The notes beneath the pieces are model-generated. The model had not been told where the DNA came from. It made no database searches and saw only the letters and a list, made by a program, of their open reading frames with translations. Shown one piece after another: positions 44,001 through 50,448 of a DNA stretch of 64,000 bases; within the stretch, counting starts at the first letter, position 1; every line of letters starts with the position of its first letter. Made by a program: the position numbers and the translations under genes. This stretch comes from Fibrobacter sp. (GTDB taxonomy: Bacteria > Fibrobacterota > Fibrobacteria > Fibrobacterales > Fibrobacteraceae): positions 14,022-78,021 of the forward strand of contig JAFVTX010000031.1 in NCBI GenBank assembly GCA_017503015.1. Direction: 5' to 3'.

Positions 44001-45227
44001 CAGCCGTTTGCTGATTGTGAGGAAGAATTTACCGTGACAATTCCGTCAAGCTCATCGGTAGAAAGCAGCAGTAGCATTCCTTCGAGTAGCAGTGTGGCAA
44101 GTAGCAGTTCTGTCGCTTCGAGCAGTAGTGTAAGTGGAGGCGGATTCTCTTGCACTTACACAGGCACAACAGGTGTAAAAATCCAGGGAGGAGTCGGCAA
44201 TCAAAATCTGGCTTCGACCAACGCACCGCATGCACAATATGACTTGTACATTGATGATGAAAAAAAGGTTACCGGTACTTGGGGACTTGGATTCAATTTT
44301 ACTACGCCCACGTCGCTTGGCAATCATACTTATAAGGTTACTAAAATGGGAGAAACAGCTCCACAATGTCAGGGATCTTTCGAAGTGGTCAACCCATTGC
44401 AATGTAGCGTCGATGATGTGATTCCATTAAATGTTGCAAAAACATTTAGTGTATCCGTGATGGACAATTTTAGTTGTTCAAATTGCAATTACACTAATGT
44501 CGATTGCGGATACAGTTGTAGCGGAGGGAGTGTAACCAATTACAGCTTTACGCTAACAAACATGAATACAACAGAATTGAAGGTTCAATGTCAGTGCAAC
44601 GACAACATCAATCAGACATGTGCAAAATCTGTCACTGCAGTTCGTACCGCACCAACATTTAGTTGCAAAACGGGGCTGAAAGCCACCGTAGGTGAAACGA
44701 ACAATGTGAAAATTGTTTTGCTGGGTGTCACTGGTTGTGATGAAAATAGCCCTTGGTGCCGCTCCACCATTACGGGAACAGGAATCAGCGATCAAACAGG
44801 AATTGGCGTTTCTGACGGATCAACTGTAAATCTCACGGCTTTCACGGATAATGGTGGTACTGACGGGGCTACTAAGACCTATACGGTAACTCTTGAAAAT
44901 TCTGTCGGCCTTAGCGATGCCAGAACCTGCAGTGTGGAATTTACCGCAGGTTCCAGCTTTGCGTGCAATAGTGGTAATTCTGCGGCTTTGTCAAGCATGA
45001 CAGTACAGACAAACAAGTGCTACAAATACACTGTCGCGAGTTCGGGCAATTTCTATGTTGGAAACTGGTCTGGATCCGGAGTTGGAATGACCTATACTGA
45101 TTGCGGAGGAACTCCGCATACAGTCACTGTGGCTAATGGTAATTGGACTACATATGCCGTGGGTGGCGGGTGTGAAATCTACGCTGAATTTACAACAAGC
45201 GCCTATGTGCAATTTAACACTTACTAA
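38082..45227 (+). CDS. Giant PilX-N-terminal-domain protein (2381 aa), right cassette; candidate pilus-tip adhesin
   Basis: TKAGVSLVTVLLFMLVATIAATATYKWITSEGKSSTSRMIEREAYQSAIAGIENARSWM. Same RBS as the left copy. Cys-rich with a Ser-rich linker (SSSVESSSSIPSSSSVASSSS). Visibly AT-richer gene. Confidence 0.8.
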   Translation: MMFGIQNSKIGTKAGVSLVTVLLFMLVATIAATATYKWITSEGKSSTSRMIEREAYQSAIAGIENARSWMTYHANDVGALIKQYKENGSKPVKLDGQLAEFMRAGQTFHVWLTGVNTESSTYKLKIVSQGIARDGGATHSEVAILDVNGLYQVKIPSVKYTGEAIFNEAFFGSAKNGISLEVNSAIFNGDTKFNTKFNASDYVIVTGNVNVNSNTNVGDLYVKGNLCSCTNLNVSGNTYVESKMYINGTHVYNGDIYAKGGIDLSKKGATGCQCNTGYGGDFTVGGNVSTEGDLVMSRATSPNVNTFGGNLVLKNGAKIDFPTLSEFSYSTAGGLPTQTHISGNVFLDGGFSNGWFMGYARAGQVSLTSAGKTFYSSTPMYRVSDANQNVVYSWWKKANNEHQDTDISGDADGLYAIDKGGRSYKLTAVPKNTFCNKSNCQPTDDFSDTYFWDNAHFYCPSWEQKGYWEGFNWITYSEPSGCGNCSWYQEKAGVGDRNGYRWKCDTKGKQTSRNEIFVQINGTYSATKPDTTGWGADRLMDYENKITDENTGSGCGTSNHVADPIQFNKDLLTHNLMHTKDKPMECDDATLWNSWPNDPWGQLNSCYQKAKAANKLYDNQWLLINVGKAVWATENSHYLQGNFIIVIEGDNGYGLYLPQTRAQADESPSHVILYFPNGYDKTLNSKASSGPMNYFVFSDGDLKNTQLGGTKINGSVFLTDCHNMGSDQTIKIEFNPDLVAALEGSGVICTNDGTDKCSPNAGSSSSAASSASSETISFGGTDSYYISTAPQLSITLESQYANNENVENIASTGEDSKGSFVVLPRVIYLPTDPPGKLEHYYNVIPLNSKQTVESQSITCEGGIPTSGKLYDGTTSLVEGYYTCNVSGTVSGVSSTVPLYVVVRGTDATTPKVTFVTDDVELPKEEATTVQLTVPNTTGAAQTFKVKVARSGTETGWTVTPINPIGACDANSECTFQVSTTGGPTNIFTVTNNSASSGILTFQILDCIEGGCNVGIPNIELVYIFSSVKVKRKTLAEWCAENGDDADATKCAKKNQPDCPLSDEWIRANGTNCTANPINNAWDCDITDDISLELINSNIPDGCEAIIPGDNLLEAPFANKSTRYLYASLKAKKKMFHTGFKIPSDIDPDQTIHILAEHNGVADEEKDCSYSDFTSNTDGVREEHCDIDVYYGSRVTLSLKNDSDRDNFNYWLCTSGVDCPSEKIPVNTYTYSISITGENTVYAHYNEKDKHCFFDEFKDKKNSYGNRATMACGTEKEYCIDVCNGTCSNAITTSSGDGAMPDAKWRLIDGDLSNIEFSGDGKISLKSNTTRGRKENTKGSATIMSSVQAGIYGTLKAQFQVPREGVNENDEAKSTIKKSGFMLRSNTNGSSYLMLNIFSDISGYLKARICLNGGNTCKEKRIGSASANEGAIVTISATLQKLVNPSDGTYKDELEIRAYTNAFSSYYEFTTFDLTNSELNGVEDLANQTHEYLGMKLSDQNFKIYGIGWKSDDYVSECWDVYPTVSCSFKAAYAGGIVPQSTALSSKPVKPWVGLSSWFENAGGCTRVYYYKGNDAGCYGSVTGTDDYKECTNNYYEFTTSGPHGATADGDKTAKAGVSGCTVYGEAAAWANSAVAAHCGAFWVGEFKNCSQNVAFGHTVDGADGSYFALDANGSGAANLRDADLIVTLDNPNGAEVSVYLFSKNSENGYTYGSAPVYSQSYTTTMQGTNFDISIAVSNISNVEGFDPEHVVGVYIKTDDANVNIRAVRSSCEHVLKIASCSASWDGVNRKFNISAKVNNHSDAGSFTVTEKNSNITGSIAKDCKNSECSWSGDNAEFEWSYNAFDDVVSDPSGYRDYYFVIGMKDKEGGDTEDSPCTTPAVRVSKISATCSVNKESVERGTGLPVFTYSISGCPSDNTGCPYEIKLQDIDQQLISASSGNFNGKTTDPEAANTSGNPLDAGTYKFVMKSTNANQPFADCEEEFTVTIPSSSSVESSSSIPSSSSVASSSSVASSSSVSGGGFSCTYTGTTGVKIQGGVGNQNLASTNAPHAQYDLYIDDEKKVTGTWGLGFNFTTPTSLGNHTYKVTKMGETAPQCQGSFEVVNPLQCSVDDVIPLNVAKTFSVSVMDNFSCSNCNYTNVDCGYSCSGGSVTNYSFTLTNMNTTELKVQCQCNDNINQTCAKSVTAVRTAPTFSCKTGLKATVGETNNVKIVLLGVTGCDENSPWCRSTITGTGISDQTGIGVSDGSTVNLTAFTDNGGTDGATKTYTVTLENSVGLSDARTCSVEFTAGSSFACNSGNSAALSSMTVQTNKCYKYTVASSGNFYVGNWSGSGVGMTYTDCGGTPHTVTVANGNWTTYAVGGGCEIYAEFTTSAYVQFNTY

Positions 45228-45340
45228 AAGCAGGTAATACTTAAGGCTCCCCCCACATCAGCACCGGGGGGGCTTCCCTTCACCCCTAAACAATCAAAGT
45301 CCCAGGACACACCGTCCGGGGCTTTTTGCCGTTTTAATAA
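45228..45340. repeat. Outer inverted repeat, right copy (3' flank and terminator of the right cassette)
   Basis: See 21951-22063. Confidence 0.75.
45299..45335 (+). terminator. Terminator of the right pilus cassette
   Basis: gtcccaggacacaccgtccggggc followed by tttttgccgtttt. Homologous to 21951-21983. Confidence 0.65.
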
Positions 45341-45347
45341 GCTCTAG

Positions 45348-45446
45348 CGGATCCTCGCCTTCGCGAGGATGACGAAGGGCGATCCCCGCCTGCGCGGGGA
45401 TGACAAAGAGGGTGTGCGGGGATGACAATGGAGGGGCGAGGATGAC
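45348..45446. repeat. Hairpin-repeat cluster between the right cassette and the Rpn-like pseudogene
   Basis: gcggatcctcgccttcgcgaggatgac, gatccccgcctgcgcggggatgac, then half-sites ...gcggggatgac...gcgaggatgac. Confidence 0.85.
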
Positions 45447-45453
45447 GAGGGGA

Positions 45454-45463
45454 GGGGGGGGGG
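45454..45463. repeat. G10 homopolymer abutting the stop codon of the Rpn-like pseudogene
   Basis: ggaGGGGGGGGGGctattta. Confidence 0.8.
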
Positions 45464-46516
45464 CTATTTACCCAATGCCGCCAATTTTGCCTTGAATTCG
45501 GAAATCTGTTCGGGCGACAAGTCCATGCCCTGCAGCACGGCGATGGCATCGCTGTGCCCCTTAGATTCGCCCTCCCTGCGGGCACGGACCTTCAGTGAGG
45601 CCAGATAGTCCAGTTCTTCTTCCGTGAAAACCATATCCCTTGCCTGCTCCTTGATAAGTTTGTCCGACGCATTCACTACCAAAATACGCTTGATTGCCTG
45701 CGAAATCACGTCGTCGCCGAAATCCGGAAGGTCGTTGGCCCCGCCCGCATGCTTGAGCAGGTACAGCCAGCGGTCTTCGGTGGTCCGGACGGAATCGGTC
45801 GTCTTGTTGAACCGTGTCAGGTCATACAAAATATACTTCACCTTGTCGGTAATTGTCAACCCCCTCTCGTTACGAATTGCCCAGGTGCCGCGGTAACTGT
45901 CTTGTTGTTCAACTGCAAAGTCGCATATCCAGATAGCATAGGTGAGCGGGATTTCGTAGCGACGTTCCTCGCGACGTGCCCGTTCTTCGTCGGTAAGGTC
46001 TTTTTGCGGGTCCTTGAAAAACTCGTGATCCCACTCGTACTTGCTCTGAAGCAAGAAAGCGCTGTGCTGCAGCAGAATGCGGTCGATGAATCGACTGTGC
46101 TTTGCCTTTTGCATTTGACGCCTACGGCGTCCGCGACTGCGCCTCAGAAATAAAAACAAACAAGTTTGTTTTTGCTTCATTCGGCTTGTACGCTATTCGA
46201 TGTTCACGCTTAGCCCGTTGGAAGTGGTGGCGCGGATATCGAGCCTAAAGGATTTTACCTGCGGGAAGATGATGTTCACCTCGGTGTTCTTGACGGTGAC
46301 GGAAGTAATCCGGTTGTCACCTTCCAGATGAAATACCCCGTTCAGAAAACTCACAAGCGCCTGTTCATCGCTCAGGAACGCCTTAAATCCGGTGTCGTAG
46401 AGCGGGTCGATGTAGGTCCGCTTTTTGATTTCTTCGTAGGTCCTCTGCACCCAGAATTCCTGCGAGGTAGCGATGGTGAACTCGGGGCTGATTTCGTTAA
46501 TGTTCGTATTGTTCAT
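45464..46516 (-). pseudogene. PD-(D/E)XK/Rpn-like putative transposase gene interrupted by an 81-nt in-frame insertion carrying a stop codon
   Basis: ORFs 46193-46516 (...RLDIRATTSNGLSVNIE*) and 45464-46180 are in the same frame. Removing 46115-46195 restores VNIE-MQKAKH, matching IDIEMQKAEH of the intact paralog. Confidence 0.7.
46115..46195. repeat. 81-nt insertion with two small palindromes inside the Rpn-like pseudogene
   Basis: Contains gacgcctacggcgtc and aaaaacaaacaagtttgttttt palindromes. Sits exactly within the catalytic IEMQK motif. Confidence 0.6.
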
Positions 46517-46640
46517 ATCTATAACCGGGTACGCTCCGGAAAGCGGGAGCGCAGAATTGCCCTCCTCTTGTATAGACGCTTTTTTGAAGGAAAACTTGCC
46601 TGAAAATTTTGTTTACAGCGAGTGTTTTACAAATGAAAGG
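46517..46640 (-). promoter_or_regulatory. Conserved 5' flank shared by Rpn-like genes (copy 4)
   Basis: Plus strand: cttgtatagacgcttttttgaaggaaaacttgcctgaaaattttgtttacagcgagtgttttacaaatgaaagg. Confidence 0.45.
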
Positions 46641-46641
46641 A

Positions 46642-46790
46642 GATCCCCGCCTTCGCGGGGATGACAATGGAGGAGCGCAAGGATGACGATGGTAGGGATA
46701 GGAGATGCCCGGTCAAGCCGGGCATGACAGCGAGAGGGGCGAGGATGACGATGGTAGGGATAGGAGATCCCCGCCTGCGCGGGGATGACA
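46642..46790. repeat. Three hairpin repeats in the Rpn-pseudogene / SulP intergenic region
   Basis: gatccccgccttcgcggggatgac, gatgcccggtcaagccgggcatgac, gatccccgcctgcgcggggatgac, each preceded by gaggatgacgatggtagggataggag-type spacers. Confidence 0.85.
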
Positions 46791-46816
46791 AAGAGAGTGT
46801 GCGGGGACGCCCGCCC

Positions 46817-48727
46817 CTACTTCCCGGGTTTTTCCTCGATCTTCACGATGGGTTCGTCCATCATGCGCTCGGCGATAACCTCGGGAGTCTCTTCGGCAAC
46901 AGCAGCGTTGGATTCTTCGGGCATCCAGGGCTTGTCCAGGCTCTTTTCCCAAGAAACGGTAGGCGCCTGCACCACCTCGTGGGACGTATCCACCACGGGG
47001 AGGCCCAGAATTTCGCGGGCACGGTTCAGGGCGGCATCGATATTGCCCAGGGCGTTCTCCTCACCGAGCTGCTTGAGCACCCCTGCGCGGGTCAGGGCCA
47101 CCACGGGCTGGGCATGCACACCGCTCAAGAGCAGCTGGGTGCCTTCGCTATTGCAGCGATTCAGCAGATCCTCGATCATCTGGATACCGGCGGCATCAAT
47201 ACTGGACACGCTACGCATACGCAAGATAAGAATCTTCGGTTTGTCGGAGATACGGGCCATGGTATCCTTGAACTTGTCCACGGCCCCAAAGAACAGGGAA
47301 CCGGCCAGTTCGTACACCGCCACGCCCTTGGGCACCTGGCGGCTGAGCTCGTTGTGGGCAGCCTCTTCGTCGTCTTCCCTGAGGGCCTCGGTCACCGTCT
47401 CCATCTCGGACACATCGCTCATGCGCTTAATGAACAGCACCGCAGCAAGGAGCACGCCCACCTCGATAGCTACCGTCAGGTCGATAATCACCGTAAGGAA
47501 GAAGGCCACCAGCATCACGATGGCATCGCTCTTGGGAGCCTTGAACATCTTGATAAAGCTGCGATAGCCACACATGTTAAAGGCCACCTGGAAAAGCACC
47601 GCAGCCAGCGCCGCCATGGGGATCATCTCGGCATACTTGCCCAGCACCAGCATAATGAGCAGAAGCACCACCGCATGCACCAGGCCCGAAACCGGGCTCA
47701 CGGCGCCATTACGAATGTTGGTAGCCGTACGGGCAATGGCGCCCGTAGCGGGAATACCGCCGAACACAGGGGATAAAATGTTGGCGATACCCTGGCCAAA
47801 AAGTTCGGTATTGGAGCGGTGCTTGGTACTGGTCATACCGTCGGCCACCACGGCACTGAGCAAAGACTCTATAGCACCCAGCATGGCGATGGTAAGGGCC
47901 GGCTGGAACACCTTCTGCATCATCTCGAGGCTAATGTTCGGCAAATGGGGCACCGGGAAACCGCTGGGGATATGGTTCTTCATGCCGATGGTCACTACGC
48001 CGTGACCGTTAATCGGATCGTCCCAGCCCAGCACCTTCACAAGGACCGTCGCCACCACGATAGCCACCAGGGAACCCGGAACCTTCGTGGTAATTTTCGG
48101 CCACAAGATACAAACCGCCAGAGCAACAAGCCCCACGATAACGGCATACATATTTACAGTGTCAAAAGAGGATGCGTAAAGCTTGATTTTCCCAACTGCA
48201 TCGGCAGGGTCCTTGGCCAAGAAACGCAGGCCAAAGAAGTTGGGCACCTGGCCCAGGGCGATGATGATGGCAATACCCGCCGTAAAGCCCACCGTCACAG
48301 GGTACGGGATGAACTTGATAATGGCACCAAACTTAGCCAGCCCAAAAATCACGAGGAAAATACCGGCAAGCAATGTAGCAGAAGCAAGACCGTCATAGCC
48401 GTACTGTGAAACGATGCCGTAGACAATCACGATGAAGGCGCCGGTGGGGCCGCCAATCTGGAAACGGGAGCCGCCCAACAGGGAAATGGCAAAGCCTGCG
48501 ATGATGGCCGTATAAAGGCCCTGCTCAGGACCCACGCCCGAGGCGATAGCAAAAGCGATGGCCAGGGGGAGCGCCAAAATGCCCACGATAAGCCCGCTCA
48601 TCAGGTCGCGGGTCAAATCCTTGCGGGTGTAGCCACGCCTTACGACGCGGGCAAATTCAGGGGTAATAGTCGCCACGACACCGTTCAGATAGTTCTTGAC
48701 GGAATTCTTGGCATCAATAGTCTGCAT
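46817..48727 (-). CDS. SulP family inorganic anion transporter with C-terminal STAS domain
   Basis: GLIVGILALPLAIAFAIASGV and multiple TM segments. STAS-like ILILRMRSVSSIDAAGIQMIEDLL...LLLSGVHAQP. Start taken at MQTIDAK; the ORF track start is 48757. Confidence 0.85.
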   Translation of the reverse strand: MQTIDAKNSVKNYLNGVVATITPEFARVVRRGYTRKDLTRDLMSGLIVGILALPLAIAFAIASGVGPEQGLYTAIIAGFAISLLGGSRFQIGGPTGAFIVIVYGIVSQYGYDGLASATLLAGIFLVIFGLAKFGAIIKFIPYPVTVGFTAGIAIIIALGQVPNFFGLRFLAKDPADAVGKIKLYASSFDTVNMYAVIVGLVALAVCILWPKITTKVPGSLVAIVVATVLVKVLGWDDPINGHGVVTIGMKNHIPSGFPVPHLPNISLEMMQKVFQPALTIAMLGAIESLLSAVVADGMTSTKHRSNTELFGQGIANILSPVFGGIPATGAIARTATNIRNGAVSPVSGLVHAVVLLLIMLVLGKYAEMIPMAALAAVLFQVAFNMCGYRSFIKMFKAPKSDAIVMLVAFFLTVIIDLTVAIEVGVLLAAVLFIKRMSDVSEMETVTEALREDDEEAAHNELSRQVPKGVAVYELAGSLFFGAVDKFKDTMARISDKPKILILRMRSVSSIDAAGIQMIEDLLNRCNSEGTQLLLSGVHAQPVVALTRAGVLKQLGEENALGNIDAALNRAREILGLPVVDTSHEVVQAPTVSWEKSLDKPWMPEESNAAVAEETPEVIAERMMDEPIVKIEEKPGK

Positions 48728-48822
48728 CTGGGCTCTCCTAGGTAAAGGCGGGCCCAAACTTAGAAAACTTTACATTGTTCGTTAAGGGCGATAAGAAAAA
48801 AGAATGCTTAATGTGGAAGCCG

Positions 48823-49155
48823 CTACAGAAGGCCCTTCTTAGCAGAACGCATCAGGTTCTTGACCTGCTTGTTGGAAAGCTGGGGAACCTCGGCATCCCG
48901 TTCACGGCGGGACTTGGGTGCACATTCCTCGCACAAAAGCCTGGTCACCGTACCAAAGCTGGTGGCACCGTCCATCTTGTCGGCCTGGCGAGAACGGTAG
49001 GGCCGGACTAGGGCTTCGCGGTGGCACTTGTCGCACACACCCATTTTCGGAGGAAGCGGTTCACGCTTGTCCCTTTTCTTCTTTTCTTCGTCCATGGCCC
49101 AGGCGCGAGCGCTCGCGGCATTCTTTGCGGCAAAATGATCATCAAAAAGACTCAT
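48823..49155 (-). CDS. Small basic hypothetical protein with CxxC...CxxC zinc-ribbon-like pattern
   Basis: 110-aa ORF with CDKCH...CEEC and a Lys/Arg-rich sequence. Confidence 0.5.
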   Translation of the reverse strand: MSLFDDHFAAKNAASARAWAMDEEKKKRDKREPLPPKMGVCDKCHREALVRPYRSRQADKMDGATSFGTVTRLLCEECAPKSRRERDAEVPQLSNKQVKNLMRSAKKGLL

Positions 49156-49168
49156 GGCAACTCCTTTT

Positions 49169-49753
49169 CTACTTTAGCTCCCTCAATATACAATCTTCCA
49201 GGAACATGGACAGCAAAGTCACGCACAAAGAGGTGGGTTTAGAGGCCTCCGAGAAGAGACTGCGACCAAACTTGCCTCGTTCTTCCTGCTTGGCCTGGAA
49301 CTTTTGCACGTGGGCCTCCCAGTCAAAAATTTTCACACGGTCTGGTGCCATGTCTACGAAGTCCCGAATGGACTGGTTCAGCGCCGCCACCTGGTCTCCC
49401 CCTTCAGGAAGCATTTCGGTAGGAATTGTAAGCAGGTCCAAGCCGGACTGGGTCTTTTTCAAGAGTTCTTCCAGCAGGGTGCGGTAATGTTCCGCCACCA
49501 CCTCGGCCACGCCACGCTCACGCTTCAAGTCGTTATAGCCGAGCCCAAGCACAATGCGACCCGCCTTCTTGCCGATAATGTCGGAAGAGGCGCGGGCAAA
49601 GAGCTGCGGAATAGACAGCGACATGGGAGCGTTGATAGAAAACTGCATGGGCCGGTTGGGCTCTGCGCACAGGAGCATTTCGGAACAGCGGAAGGCAGCC
49701 TCGCCCTCGCTTCCAAGCAGTTCGTCACCGATTATCAGAATCCGGTTTTCCAC
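49169..49753 (-). CDS. Hypothetical protein, SGNH/GDSL-hydrolase-like fold (block I reads GDE rather than GDS)
   Basis: ILIIGDELLG and LGLGYNDL blocks. Weak assignment. Confidence 0.4.
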   Translation of the reverse strand: MENRILIIGDELLGSEGEAAFRCSEMLLCAEPNRPMQFSINAPMSLSIPQLFARASSDIIGKKAGRIVLGLGYNDLKRERGVAEVVAEHYRTLLEELLKKTQSGLDLLTIPTEMLPEGGDQVAALNQSIRDFVDMAPDRVKIFDWEAHVQKFQAKQEERGKFGRSLFSEASKPTSLCVTLLSMFLEDCILRELK

Positions 49754-49762
49754 ACTTCTAAT

Positions 49763-50299
49763 CTACACATTCTCATCCGGCTTGACCACCGAGAGCACCC
49801 AATAATTTCCCGTTTTCTTCCGGGAAAGCACCTTTATGCCGTCGGCCACCAGGGAGCCCGGCACGTTTTCGATAGGGGAACCATCATCCAGGTATATTTC
49901 CAGCGGCCGCCCCGCAGGAAACCCCGCCATCACCAGGCGGGACCGGACCGAGTTCCCGGGGCAGGCCACGCCCCGCAAGTCCAGCACCTTCGGAAACTCC
50001 ATCTTCAGGCTCTCCGGAATGGGCGCCGTCTTGGACCGCTCGCAAAAGTCCACGATGGCCTCCGCATGTTCTTCCGGACTCTGCACCCACTCCCCCATGG
50101 GGATTTCGGCAGGGGCCTTCGCCAAAAACCAGGCTAGACCATCGGTGCCGGTAAGACTTGCAGAACACTCCCTGCGGATCCAGTCCGTGCAGGCGTACCC
50201 CAAGAGCTGGACCAGAGACTTGCCGAAGCCCTCTTTTTTCCGGTTGTTTTCAACCCAAACTAAAAGCGGATTTTTGTCCATCTGGCGGTGCCTTGTCAA
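49763..50299 (-). CDS. Protein with C-terminal TusA/SirA-like sulfurtransferase domain
   Basis: VLDLRGVACPGNSVRSRLVMAGFPAGRPLEIYLDDGSPIENVPGSL resembles the LDxRGxxCPxP TusA signature. The N-terminal ~95 aa are uncharacterised. Confidence 0.55.
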   Translation of the reverse strand: MTRHRQMDKNPLLVWVENNRKKEGFGKSLVQLLGYACTDWIRRECSASLTGTDGLAWFLAKAPAEIPMGEWVQSPEEHAEAIVDFCERSKTAPIPESLKMEFPKVLDLRGVACPGNSVRSRLVMAGFPAGRPLEIYLDDGSPIENVPGSLVADGIKVLSRKKTGNYWVLSVVKPDENV

Positions 50300-50448
50300 G
50301 GGGTAAAACCGAGAAAATTTTCTTTTTTTTCAAAATTTTCAAAAGCGATAAAAAAACTATCAAAAAATTCGTATAAGGTGTAGAAAAGTTTTGTTAACCT
50401 TTCTATAATTGGCGTCAAGCATTCAAGAATGCAAAGGTTTTTGGAATT

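Noticed and set aside
22064-45227. Diversity-generating retroelement or silent-cassette gene conversion as the variation mechanism
   Set aside because: No reverse transcriptase gene and no template/variable repeat pair were seen. The cassettes are complete genes with their own RBS and start codons rather than promoterless fragments.
46661-47776. 371-aa and overlapping 260-aa ORFs on the plus strand
   Set aside because: They begin inside hairpin-repeat DNA and run antisense to the SulP transporter gene.
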